In this document: piece by piece, positions 36,201 to 49,799 of the stretch
Layout of the letters: every line of letters starts with the position of its first letter
Numbering within the stretch: position 1 is the stretch's first letter
DNA from: Convolutriloba macropyga
Lineage: Eukaryota
Assembly: GCF_964194025.1 (NCBI RefSeq)
Contig: NC_134472.1
Coordinates: forward strand, 11,408,001-11,472,000
Direction of reading: 5' to 3'
Length of the DNA stretch: 64,000 nucleotides
Program-made: the position numbers and the translations under genes
Notes under the pieces: model-generated
The model's database searches: none
What the model was told of the DNA's origin: nothing
Seen by the model: the letters and a program-made list of their open reading frames with translations, nothing else

Positions 36201-39200
36201 TCTGGCTGCGATTTTGTAAATAAATAGTCAATGGGAATGCGAATTAGTCCTGAACAATGTAAACAGACTGATACCAACCGGAACAAATAACTATCAACAA
36301 AATCCAGGAAAACTAGCATCTCTGCAAAAGCAAGCTAAATGAATTTTATTTAAAACTTTGGTTGCTTCTGCTTTTTTTTACAAAGCTTCAAAAAGTTCTA
36401 AAGGATAAAAAAAGGTTGGAAATGAAAATGTTATTAGCAAATAACTGTGAGAATAAAATAACTACGGATTTAAGGATCAATGATATCATGACAAATAATT
36501 GCAATTATTTATAAAAGAGTTTATTGTGATGTTTGAAGGGAATTGAAAACTGATTGGATTGTAGATTGATTTGAATGAAAGTGATAACAATCGAGGAACT
36601 ATATAAAACGTTTTCTATTCAGAGTCAGAAAAGAGATATTCTTACCCATTTTTAAATATTCAAACTATTTTAGTACACATAGAAAATCTTTGAAAGAATA
36701 TATGTGAGCATCCCGATATTGATTTCAATGATGAATTTAACAAAAACAGAATATTTGTATACAATCCTGAATTAAATGAAAAAATCTTCCAAGAAATTAA
36801 AATGACTGCAATGCCATAGCCGAATTCATTGCGCAAATTTGCTCAGTTGGTATATAAATAGAAGTTCAATGTGTTTTGTTCTGATAACAGAAGTGGAAAT
36901 TGAATCTCCGTCATTTCTACTATATTCACAAAAACGAGTATCATCTGCACGTCCTCTTACATTTTGGCCACGAGTAAAAGTATTTGTTCCTAGATGCGCA
37001 CTGAGATCACTACTCGTTATTAGGCTTGTAAGTTCTTTTATTTGGCTTTTTAAAGACGATATTTTATCTGACGGTTGTTTAGCCGAAATTTCAATAACAA
37101 CTATGCAAGTTAGATTGTGTGCTATTTGGTGCTCAATCAAAAATCCTCACAATCCTCACAAATGTCATCGTTTCAGCGGCGGGTATATTTGTTCTACTTA
37201 CATTTGTTAAATCTTCTGTCCAAACTCAACCAACAACGTTCTTTTGAAAGTTTTTTCTATCAGTTAGCCTTCTTGAATAAATGCATTCTTTAAGGCAGTA
37301 TCGGTTGTTCGAGATAAAATATTTTGTGTTCGAAAATTTTATTGGAGATACATTATTTAGTATTCGAAAATGTTGTTCGAGATACTTAAAGAAGCTGGAG
37401 CATCAGTCATTCTAAATTAAATAGCTGGGCGTTGCCAAGTATATTGCTTAAGCTTATTAGTTTTTTCGAAGACTACAGGATAACTTTAGATACTCTGAGA
37501 ATTACGTCTTCTGCGTGCAACTTATTACTTTTAAATAGACTCAGCCTAAGTCTAATCATTAAGTTATCAGTCACAAATTTTTAAATCGAAATTCCAAAAT
37601 CTTAAGTCTTTGCCAAAATTTAACGATGGAAACTTTCAGGAACGACATATCTAAGTCACAAAATAAGCTTGAGATGACTTGGAATATCTTCCTTATTTTC
37701 TTCCCAACAATAAATTTTATTAAAGATATAGTTTAGAAGATAGTGCTAATTAACCTTTTTCAAGTTGAGCCTGGCAGCTCTCACCATTTTATACTCTCCT
37801 GGTTGGGAGCATTGAAGTTAACTAAGTATGCAAAGTTCAGAATACAAAGAACAGATAAATGAATTCTCTCCTGACTCTTCAATACAGACAGAAAGGCAGA
37901 TTTGTTGGAAAAATGCCAATAATGGAACTAATTATCTGATCAAACGACTCCATGAAGTAATTATGCGTTTTAACAAACAAGTTAAATAATTTTTGTCACC
38001 GTCGGAGAAACAAGGCAGAACGAAGGTACTGAACGTCAACAACCACAAAATTCATTACTCCACGCACATAGCGCTCATTGTGATGAACGGCGGATGTTGA
38101 GTTGATGCTTCAGATTTGAGTTTCCAGTTGGAGTTTGGCTGGCGATTTATTTCTCTAGCTGCTGAGAGCGTCGTCAAAACTGATAGTAAATCAAACTTCA
38201 AAGCAGAGTGCTTCACAAAGCGAAAAGATGCCCCTTTAGTCTTTTTAATATGCATTGCTCAGACGAGACATAGGATAAGATCGCTGAGTAGCTTAATGAA
38301 TATGAAAGCTTCAAGGAATATTCCCCATTGTTCAATTATATTTTGCAACTTCCCGAAAATCTCAAAAAAACCTACTTTTATAGAAGTCCGGTGAAATGAA
38401 TGAATCTAGATACACTGTCCTAGAAATCTAATAAATTGTTTATTAATGGCATTATCAGACTAGGCAGATAAATGTCCATATTTTGGGGCTATTAGATGAA
38501 TCTGTATTTTCCATTGGATAAGTTCGAAATGCGCGGGTGTAGCAAGTTAGACTAACTTACACCTTGAAAATGCGTATTATCATTTACACGTGTTTGTAGT
38601 GACTTTAAGCCAGAATCTTTTGTGAACGGTAAAATAAAGGTTGGCTGTAGCGTAGTGTTAGGGTTAGAAATATGTGTTGTTACTTATAGAGGCCAATGTG
38701 GAAGGACATGATGAGCTCCGCGGTTAGCATCATGTTTGTCTTATGCTTATCATATAGAACATAGTCCTCATCGGTATCATCTGGGACTACATAGTTCTCA
38801 ACTAGCTGTTTTATTAATAGTCTTTCGGATAAAATATTAATTTACCATTTCAATGCAAGGTTTCCTTCTAGTTTGTTTAATCATGCTGTTTTTCATATCT
38901 CGTATTAGTTAACATTCGTTGAACTGTATAAGGTTCTGAGCGTAGCTTAGAGTTATTAACTCGTTCTATAGTTGCGGACCGAGTAGCGAAAGTTATAATT
39001 TGCTACGGAAGCGAATTTGAGAAAACCCAAAGAAACAATGGTAGTACTAAAATGTGTGCTTGACATACGATAGTATTCATGATCCAGTTACTTTTTAATT
39101 TTTGGAACACTCCCTAAATTTTCCTTTTCTCATTAAATTTGTGCCTTTCAGAGGTGCGATGTCTCAACTTCAGTGTCGAAAATGAATATTCAACCTGAGC

Positions 39201-39362
39201 GTTAAAAGTATTACATTTTTGTCCGACTTCAGGCAAGTTTTTGCACAGTTTGGATTATTTTCCGAAATTTGAGGAGTTCAACAGCAAAAACAGATTGTAT
39301 TTTTCTCTATGTCTATGAAATATCAAAATTATCCCGAAACAAATCGATTGCAAATTCATCTA
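33233..39362. repeat. Two-copy tandem duplication with reciprocal internal deletions
   Basis: 33233-33839 matches 35969-36577; 33838-33884 matches 38129-38175; 34783-35966 matches 38174-39362. Confidence 0.9.
36600..37700 (-). mobile_element. Degenerate gag-like relic, probably from an LTR retrotransposon
   Basis: LKNAFIQ, a coiled coil ISSLKSQIKELTSLI, then RFCEYSRNDGDSISTS resembling a decayed CxxCxxxGHxxxxC knuckle. Confidence 0.4.
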
Positions 39363-42300
39363 ATTTCTGAAATTATAAGTTTCAATAGAATTGTGTTCGT
39401 GCAAAAAGTTTGGGAACACCTAGAAGAACCCAAAAATGAATTCCAAATTCGAAATTTAAGACTCATCTACTTTATTGGTTTCAAGCTTGAACACATTACT
39501 TTGTTCGCGCATGCGATTGTGCAAGTATAATGTCTGAGTTGTAGAGTGTGTAAACATATTTGTGTGATAAAGAAAAGCACACGGAAGAAAGGCACACAAA
39601 AACCATTTAAGTGATAAAGAAAGGCACACGCAAGATTTACGAAGTGGCAGGTGCAAGAATATTAGCACTGGAATTATTCAAAAGCCAGTTACTGGGGCTT
39701 TTGAATGTCTGAGGCGATCAAAATATCTTCAAATTCGATCTGAGGATACATCTGGTTTGGGAGCAGTTGATCTCCGGAATTACTTCTCCACCAGTTACAA
39801 GTACATTCATCTAGCTCTTACGGATGAAGAAATCTGGGTCAAGTTAAGGGCACGTGGAAATTTCAGTCCCTGGGAGAGGAGATAAACTCATGCACAACAT
39901 CGAAATTATCGACTTTTCTACTTAGAAAAGTCAATAATTATCGAAGGAATGTATCTGTGAACTTTACTCAAATTAACCACAAATGTTATTTGAGATCTTT
40001 ACCGGTAGCAGTTGGTTGAATGAAGCAACTGAATGAGAGCTGCAAATGTTATTCGTTGGGACTACATTCAAAATGCGACTACTTGATTGCGTTTAACCCA
40101 CTTGGGTTACTTGTTAACCCAACCCCCCCCCACTTTGGTACCAACCCGGCAATACCTCCCACTTTAGTACCAAGAGATAGCGTGAATGATGAAGCATCAT
40201 CATTCACTCCATCTTCACACAAAATCGTAACACAATATCTTAAGTCAGACAAATTAGATATCCATAGGTATCAGGGAAAATTTATGTAGATGGATTTGAT
40301 TAAATAAACAACTTGCTTCAAGTTACAGTTTTGGGACTTGTTCAATTCACCGGTACTCTTTCCCACTCTTTAATTTACACTCATTTACTTCTTTCATCCC
40401 CGCACGTTCAAATTCTTTAATTTACACTCCTTCAGATCCTTACTTCAATTTGATTATCCCCATCCCACTTTGGTACCTCAACCACCCAAGTAGTCCCGTC
40501 AAATGTATTTTTGACGTGACTAATTTTAAAATTCTATTACTTTTATGCATCATTTACTTGTTAAAACCCCCTGAGATATTAACACTCACTACGATTATTC
40601 ATTAGCACACACTGCTATTATTTACATTACATGTATTGGCCGGAAGGGCCTATAACCGAACCAGCCAGAGGGTGGGGGGAGATGGAGCGCCACCCAACCA
40701 CACACACTAAATAGAAATTCAGCCTACCGCCAGGGGGTGGTGGTGGGGGGAGGAGATGGAGCGCACATTAAATACAACGACTTGTGATTCGACTAAACGC
40801 ACTGTCGGCCAATTTTGAGCCACCATAACTGTTTGCTGCGTTCTCTCAGCGCTAACGTTTTAGTCTCAGCACTAACGTATTCTAGAGCTATTTACCGTGT
40901 TTCTTTTGTTCAAATTCTGCTCTTCAATATATTATGACAAAATTGTCATTTGACGAATTTCGAGTGAAAATTTCCAGCATCGAAGCATGGAAATTGAAGG
41001 GTTGGCAGTCTATGGTCGCAATTGCAAGTCATCGCTTCAAATTTGCGAAAAGTTGAAAAGTGGGGGCAATGAACATTTCGTATCAACGAGGATTGGGTCA
41101 GGCATGCAGGAGAAGTCAAGGACCCTGAACTGTTTGTTACTAAAGACGCATTTGCAGATCAGCTCCGCAAGTGTACCACTTTGAACGCTGTTTCAGAGAT
41201 CTGTAACGTCAATTCAGCCTACCGCCAGAGGGTGGTGGGGGGGGGGGGGAGATGGAGCGCACATTAAATACAACGACTTGTGATTCGACTAAACGCACTG
41301 TCGGCCAATTCTGAGACACCATACAACTATTTGCTGCGTTCTCTCAGCGCTAACGTTTTAGTCTCAGCACTATTAGTGTTTTTGTTCAAATTCTGCTCTC
41401 AAAATATTATGAAGAAATTGTCATTCGAAGAGTTCGAGTGAAAATTTCCAGCATCGAAGCATGGAAATTGAAGGGTTGGCAGTCTATGGTCGCAATTGCA
41501 AGTCATCGCTTCAAATTTGCGAAAAGTTGAAAAGTGGGGGCAATGAACATTTCGTATCAACGAGGATTGGGTCAGGCATGCAGGAGAAGTCAAGGACCCT
41601 GAACTGTTTGTTACTAAAGACGCATTTGCAGACCAGCTCCGCAAGTGTACCACTTTGAACGCTGTTTCAGAGATCTGTAACGTCAAAGGAAATGGAAAAC
41701 AGCAAATTATTGACATACAAGTTTTGCAGCACGAAGATGCCAAATTTGAAAAGACCAGAGCCTGGTCGTTGAATGTCGATCACTTGAGTAGTTTCGAGCT
41801 CCCTACAAGTCTTCAGTTCTCTGCTGACGCTGGAAAACTCAGTACATCCAGTTGGTTCACTGAAGAGCACACATAGGCTTGTGCTGCGACTCAATTGCCG
41901 CCGTTTTGATAATGACGAAAGTTTTCATCTACTCAAGCGAGATCACTAATTCACAATGCCTGCTTAGACGTCTCAGGACTGTACAAAGTGTCATTGATAT
42001 TCAGAGCTCAGAGTTTATTCTCCTTCAGAGCTCAAAATTTCTCTGGAATGGGGAGCTTTTCATTTTCAGGATCACAAAAACCTTTTAGTTCAGCCAACAA
42101 TGTGGGCTCGCATTCAGTTGTCACTTTGCGTGGCCCTAACTCGTTCTATAGTTGCGGACCGAGTAGCGAAAGTTATAATTTGCTACGGAAGCGAATTTGA
42201 GAAAACCCAAAGAAACAATGGTAGTACTAAAATGTGTGCTTGACATACGATAGTATTCATGATCCAGTTACTTTTTAATTTTTGGAACACTCCCTAAATT

Positions 42301-45300
42301 TTCCTTTTCTCATTAAATTTGTGCCTTTCAGAGGTGCGATGTCTCAACTTCAGTGTCGAAAAAGAATATTCAACCTGAGCGTTAAAAGTATTACATTTTT
42401 GTCCGACTTCAGGCAAGTTTTTGCACAGTTTGGATTATTTTCCGAAATTTGAGTTCGACAGCAAAAACAGATTGTATTTTTCTCTATGTCTATGAAATAT
42501 CAAAATTATCCCGAAACAAATGGATTGCAAATTCATCTGGATTTTTGAAATTATAAGTTTCAATAGAGTTGTGTTCGTGCAAAAAGTTTGGGAACACCTA
42601 GAAGAACCAAGATATGAATTCCAAATTCGAAATTTCAGACTCATCTACTTTATTCGTTTCAAGCTTGAACACATTACTTGGTTCGTGCAAGCGATTGTGC
42701 AAGTATAATGTCTGAGTTGTAGAGTGGGTAAACATATGAAGCTATTCTCTCTAATAGGGGAGTAAAAATCGGACTTCCTTAGGCGACTTAACTTTTGCAG
42801 AATTGCGGTTCATTATTTGTTCATGAGATGATTATTTTGTGTAAACAAACCGCGGGTCGTTTCAGCTAGTAACAATTAGTCTAATTGTTGACTACATAAA
42901 TTGCTTACACGCTCTTTTCTTGACTAATGCGTGGTTAGTTCGTTAACAAGAGGCAATTCTTTAAAAATGAAAATTAACTTAGATACGGTATTTGCTCATT
43001 GGTAGTTAAATTGTGTTCAGTTTTGCTTCAGGTAACAAGTGTTCTGAGCGTTAGTTTGCAACAAAAGGAATGTATGAATACTATTGTGTTCCGAGGCGTT
43101 ATTTTGCAACAAAAGGAATGTATGAACACTCATCATGTTTAAATGTTTTAAAGGATTGAAGTTATGCGTGTGTAACAGATTCCGAAGGTGATCTATCCCA
43201 AATTTTATGCACGTTATGCGTTGAGTGTAATATTTGCTTCTTGCCTTTAAAGTCTGCTGAACTCAGTGTTCCTTTCTTAATCTCTTAACTTTATTCGCAA
43301 ATTTGCCTTAAACTTGTTTCCGACTTTAACTTCTACTTTTCTTATCAAAAATTTCCTTAAATTTCTATATCCTTATTTCATAATTGTAGCTGCTTTATAC
43401 CTTTATTAAGAATTGGTATACCAAAAACCATTTGCGTGATAAAGAAAGGCACGTGGAAGATTTACAAAGTGCCAGGTGCAAGAATATTAGCACTGGAATT
43501 ATTCAAAAGCCAGTTACTGGGGCTTTTGAATGTCTGAGGCGATCAAAATCTCTTCATATTCGATCTTAGGATACATCTGGTTTGGGACCAGTTGATCTCC
43601 GGAATTACTTCTCCACCAGTTACAAGTACATTCATCTAGCTCTTACGGATGAAGAAATCTGGGCCAAGTTAAGGGCACGTGGAAATTTCAGTCCCTGGGA
43701 GAGGAGATAAACTCATGCACAACATCGAAATTATCGACTTTTCTACTTAGAAAAGTCGATAATTATCGAAGGAATGTATCTGTGAACTTTAATCAAATTA
43801 ACCACAAATGTTATTTGAGATCTTTACCGGTAGCAGTTGGTTGAATGAAGCAACTGAATGAGAGCTGCAAATGTTATTCGTTGGGACTACATTTAAAATG
43901 CGACTACTTGATTGCGTTTAACCCACTTGGGTTATTTGTTGTTAACCCATCCCCAACACAACCCCCACTTTGGTACCAACACGGCAATGCCTCCCACTTT
44001 AGTACCAAGCGATAGCGTGAATGATGAAGCATCATCATTCACTCCATCTTCACACAAAATCGTAACACAATATCTTAAGTCAGACAAATTAGATATCCAT
44101 AGGTATCAGGGAAAATTTATGTAGATGGATTTGATTAAATAAACAACTTGCTTCAAGTTACAGTTTTGGGACTCGTTCAACTCACCGGTACTCTTTCACA
44201 CTCTTTAATTTACACTCGTTCACTTCTTTCACCTCCGCACGTTCATTCTTTAATTTACACTCGTTCACTTCCTTACAATCTTCAATTTACACTCATTCGC
44301 TCATTCAATTTGAATACCCCCATCCCACTTTGGTACCTCAACCACCCAAGTAATCCCATCAAATGTCTTTTTGACATGACTAATTTTAAAATTCTATTAT
44401 TTTTATTCGTCATTTACTTGTTAAAACCCCCTGAGATATTAACACTCATAACGATTATTCATTAGCACACACTGCTATTATTAACATTACATATATTGGC
44501 CGGAAGGGCCTATAACCGAACCAGCCAGAGGGTGGAGGGAGATGGAGCGCCACCCAACCAGACACTAAATTGAAATTCAGCCTACCTCCAGAGGGTGGTG
44601 GTGGGGGGAGGAGATGAGCGCACATTAAATACAACGACTTGTGATTCAACTAAACGCACTGTCGGCCAATTTTGAGCCACCGTACAACTGTTTGCTGCGT
44701 TCTCTCAGCGCTAACGTTTTAGTCTCAGCACTATCGTATTCTAGAGCTATTTACCGTGTTTCTTTTGTTCCAAATTCTGCTCTTCAAGATATTATGACGA
44801 AATTGTCATTTGACGAGTTTCGAGTGAAAATTTCCAGCATCGAAGCATGGAAATTGAAGGGTTGGCAGTCTATGATCTTAATTGCAAGTCAACGCTTCAA
44901 GTTTGCGAAAAGTTGAAAAGTGGGGGCAATGAACATTTCGTATCAACGAGGATTGGGTCAGGCATGCAGGAGAAGTCAAGGACCCTGAACTGTTTGTTAC
45001 TAAAGATGCATTTGCAGATCAGCTCCGCAAGTGTACCACTTTGAACGCTGTTTCAGAGATCTGCAACGTCAAAGGAAATGGAAAACAGCAAATTATTGAC
45101 ATACAAGTTTTGCAGCACGAAGATGCCAAACTTGAAAAGACCAGAGCCTGGTCGTTGAATGTCGATCACTTGAGTAGTTTCGAGCTCCCTACAAGTCTTC
45201 AGTTCTCTGCTGACGCTGGAAAACTCAGTACATCCAGTTGGTTCACTGAAGAGCACACATAGGCTTGTGCTGCGACTCAATTGCCGCCGTTTTGATAATG

Positions 45301-48300
45301 ACGAAAGTTTTCATCTACTCAAGCGAGATCACTATTTCACAATGCCTGCTTAGACGTCTCAGGACTGTACAAAGTTTCATTGAGATTCAGAGCTCAAAAC
45401 TTCTCCTCTGGAATGGGGAGCTTTTCATGTTCAGGATCACAAAAACCTTTTAGTTCAGCCAACAATGTGGGCTCGCATTCAGTTGTCGTTGCGTGGCCCT
45501 AACTCGTTCTATAGTTGCGGACCGAGTAGCGAAAGTTATAATTTGCTACGGAAGCGAATTTGAGAAAACCCAAAGAAACAATGGTAGTACTAAAATGTGT
45601 GCTTGACATACGATAGTATTCATGATCCAGTTACTTTTTAATTTTTGGAACACTCCCTAAAATTTCCTTTTCTCATTCAATTTGTGCCTTTCAGAGGTGT
45701 GATGTCTCAACTTCAGTGTCGAAAATGAATATTCAACCTGAGCGTTAAAAGTATTACAATATTGTCCGACTTCAGGCAAGTTTTTGCACAGTTTGGATTA
45801 TTTTCCGAAATTTGAGGAGTTCGACAGCAAAAACAAATTGTATTTTTCGCTATGTCTATGAAATATCAAAATTATCCCGAAACAAATGGATTGCAAATTC
45901 ATCTAGATTTTTGAAATTATAAGTTTCAATAGAGTTGTGTTCGTGCAAAAAGTTTGAGAACACCTAGAAGAACCAAGAAATGAATTCCAAATTCGAAATT
46001 TCAGACTCATCTACTTTATTCGTTTCAAGCTTGAACACATTACTTGGTTCGTGCAAGCGATTGTGCAAGTATAATGTCTGAGTTGTAGAGTGGGTAAACA
46101 TATGAAGCTATTCTCTCTAATAGGGGAGTAAAAATCGTACTTCCTTAGGCGACTTAACTATTGCAGAATTTCGGTTCATTATTTGTTCATGAGAAGATTA
46201 TTTTGTGTAAACAAACCGCGGGTCGTTTCAGCTAGTAACAATTAGTCTAATTGTTGACTACATAAATTGCTTACACGCTCTTTTCTTGACTAATGCGTGG
46301 TTAGTTCGTTAACAAGAGGCAATTCTTTAAAAATGAAAATTAACTTAGATACGGTATTTGCTCATTGGTAGTTAAATTGTGTTCAGTTTTGCTTCAGGTA
46401 ACAAGTGTTCTGAGCGTTAGTTTGCAACAAAAGGAATGTATGAATACTATTGTGTTCCGAGGCGTTATTTTGCAACAAAAGGAATGTATGAACACTCATC
46501 ATGTTTAAATGTTTTAAAGGATTGAAGTTATGCGTGTGTAACAGATTCCGAAGGTGATCTATCCCAAATTTTATGCACGTTATGCGTTGAGTGTAATATT
46601 TGCTTCTTGCCTTTAAAGTCTGCTGAACTCAGTGTTTCTTTCTTAATCTCTTAACTTTATTCGCATATTTGCCTTAAACTTGTTTCCGACTTTAACTTCT
46701 ACTTTTCTTAAAAATTTCCTTAAATTTCTTTATCCTTATTTTATAATTGTAGCTGCTTTAAACCTTTATTAAGAATTGGTATACCAAAAACCATTTGCGT
46801 GATAAAGAAAGGCACGTGGAAGATTTACAAAGTGCCAGGTGCAAGAATATTAGCACTGGAATTATTCAAAAGCCAGTTACTGGGGCTTTTGAATGTCTGA
46901 GGCGATCAAAATATCTTCATATTCGATCTGAGGATACATCTGGTTTGGGAGCAGTTGATCTCCGGAATTACTTCTCAACCAGTTACAAGTACATTCATCT
47001 ATCTCTTACGGATGAAGAAATCTGGGCCAAGTTAAGTGCACGTGGAAAATTCAGTCATTGGGAGAGGAGATAAACTCAATGTTTGCAAGCACAACATCGA
47101 AATTATCGACTTTTCTACTTTTGAAGGAATGAATCTGTAAACTTTACTCAACTTAACCACAAAAGTTATTTTAGATCTTTACAGGTAGCAGTTGATTGAA
47201 TTAAGCAACTGAATGACAGCTGCAGATGTTATTAGTTGGGACTACATTTAAAATGTGACTGTTTTATTGCGTTTAACCCACTTGGGTTACTTGTTGATAA
47301 CCCATCCCCAACACAACCCCCACTTTGGTACCAACACGGCAATGCCTCCCACTTTAGTACCAAGCGATAGCGTGAATGATGAAGCATCATCATTCACTCC
47401 ATCTTCACACAAAATCGTAACACAATATCTTAAGTCAGACAAATTAGATATCCATAGGTATCAGGGAAAATTTATGTAGATGGATTTGATTAAATAAACA
47501 ACTTGCTTCAAGTTACAGTTTTGGGACTCGTTCAACTCACCGGTACTCTTTCACACTCTTTAATTTACACTCGTTCACTTCTTTCACCTCCGCACGTTCA
47601 TTCTTTAATTTACACTCGTTCACTTCCTTACAATCTTCAATTTACACTCATTCGCTCATTCAATTTGAATACCCCCATCCCACTTTGGTACCCCAACCAC
47701 TCAGGTAGTCCCGTCAAATGTCTTTGACGTGACTAACTTTTGAATGCGACTACTTTCATGCGTCATTTACTTGATAAACACCCCTGAGATATTAACACTC
47801 ACTAATAATATTCATTAGCACATAATGCTATTATTAACAATACATATATTGGCCGGAAGGGCCTATAACCCAACCAGCCAGAGGGTGGGGGGAGATGGAG
47901 TGCCACCCAACCACACACTAAATAGAAATTCAGCCTACCGCCAGAGGGTGGTGGGGGGGGAGATGGAGCGCGCATTAAATACAACGACTTGTGATTCAAC
48001 TAAACGCACTGTCGGCCAATTCTGAGACACCATACAACTGTTTGCTGCGTTCTCTCAGCGCTAACGTTTTAGTCTCAGCACTACCGTATTCTAGAGCTAT
48101 TTAGTGTTTCTTTTGTTCAAATTCTGCTCTCAAAATATTATGACGAAATTGTCATTCGAAGAGTTCGAGTGAAAACTTCCAGCATCGAAGCGTGGAAATC
48201 GAAGGTTTGGCAGTCTATAGTCGCAATTGCAAGTCATGGCTTCAAATTTGCGAAAAGTTGAAAAGTGGGGGCAATGAACATTTCGTATCAACGAAGATTG

Positions 48301-48873
48301 GGTCAGGCATGCAGGAGAAGTCAAGGACCCTGGACTGTTTGTTACTAAAGACGCATTTGCAGACCAGCTCCGCAAGTGTACCACTTTGAACGCTGTTTCA
48401 GAGATCTGTAACGTCAAACGAAATGGAAAACAGCAAATTATTTACATACAAGTTTTGCAGAACGAAGATGCCGAATTTGAAAAGACCAGAGCCTGGTCGT
48501 TGAATGTCGATCACTTGAGTAGTTTCGAGCTCCCTACAAGTCTTCAGTTCTCTGCTGTCGCTGGAAAACTCAGTACATCCAGTTGGTTCACTGAAGCGCA
48601 CACATAGGCTTGTGCTGCGACTCAATTGCCGCCGTTTTGATGATAACGAAAGTTTTCATCTACTCAAGCGAGATCACTATTTCACAATGGCAGCTTAGAC
48701 GTCTCAGGACTGTACAACGTTTCATTGAGATTCAGAGCTCAGAGCTTAATCTCCTTCAGAGCTCAAAATTTCTCCTCTAGAATGGAAGAAGCTTTTCATG
48801 TTCAGGATCACAAAAACCTTGTAGTTCAGCCAACAATGTGGGCGCGCATTCAGTTGTCACTTTGCGTGGCCCT
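38958..48873. repeat. Three head-to-tail ~3.3-kb tandem units (38958-42137, 42138-45500, 45501-48873)
   Basis: Identical junction gcgtggccct|aactcgttctatag at 42137/42138 and 45500/45501. Near-identical ORFs recur in the ORF track. Confidence 0.95.
40716..41684. repeat. Internal ~0.48-kb tandem duplication in unit 1
   Basis: aattcagcctaccgccag...tgtaacgtc at 40716-41210 and at 41211-41684. Confidence 0.93.
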
Positions 48874-49163
48874 GCCTTTGTCATTGGATCGGAGGCGCGA
48901 TGTCTGCTGGATCAAGATCGGACAAAAGTACAATCGATGTTTGCAAAGGCCTTGGAATCGAAGAAACGCGTCAAAAAAGATCATTGTCACCCAATAAACA
49001 GGACAGGTTCTTCCCTTCGTATCAGGCGACCTTGGTGAAGTTATGCGGAGAAGCTGCTGCGGGCCAGTTGACCAGAACATCGAGTACCTGGGGCCTAAGA
49101 AATTCTGGTGTCACCTGCCCAACGTGAAGAAGGCCGAGGCCAGAAAACAGCTTGCAAAAGAAG
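48140..49163 (+). pseudogene. Frameshifted relic of an unidentified protein-coding exon, with partial copies in units 1 and 2
   Basis: Stretch of higher GC reading MTKLSF...; FRINEDWVRHAGEVKDP.LFVTKDAFADQLRKC...; ...KKFWCHLPNVKKAEARKQLAKE, ending at donor AAG|GTAAAG. No family recognised. Confidence 0.4.
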
Positions 49164-49377
49164 GTAAAGACTTTTATGTTTCTTTTAACAACTTTTGTCT
49201 CTGCTTTGTTCCGTTCCCATGCATCAATGACGATAATAATTCAGCTTGTGCTGTTCTAAAGCGAAGCGTGAGGATTTACAAGCGGTTCAAACCCGATGAA
49301 AGTGTAGCAAGTGAAGATCAAGTGTATCAAGTTGAAGATCTCCGTAGGTTATCAATATTTGTAATCACTATTGGAAG

Positions 49378-49799
49378 ACATAACCGACTAATGTCAGCCC
49401 AAATGCTCTCAAACGACTGGCTAGCGGATGGCATCGTCAGTAGCTAAGCACGGTTTCGTGATGTTAGCTTTAGCTTAACTGAAGGGGCGTGAGTGAGCGC
49501 AGCGGGTGCACTGAGGGGCTGATGGGGTGGCAACAGGGGGGGGGGGGGTCAATCTCTCAGAATAACTCTTAGCACCATAAGTATAAGTCTCCAAAACAGA
49601 TTCTGTGAATCGCATACTTGAGGACTAGTGAGCTGAAAGGCTCTAAGATTACTTAATGCCCGCTGGGCGCTACCTGTTTATACCGTTTTTGAGGCCGAAA
49701 AGTCGAAAGCGTCAGACCAAAAATTGGTCAAGCGAAAAATCGCATTAAAAAGACCAACAGGACTAATATAATTCCTACAAACTTCGTTTGAGAGCTATT
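49378..49799 (-). mobile_element. Helentron-like element, family A
   Basis: acataaccgactaatgtcag plus tgctctcaaacga on the left, tcgtttgagagctatt on the right; body homologous to 60620-61032. Confidence 0.8.
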
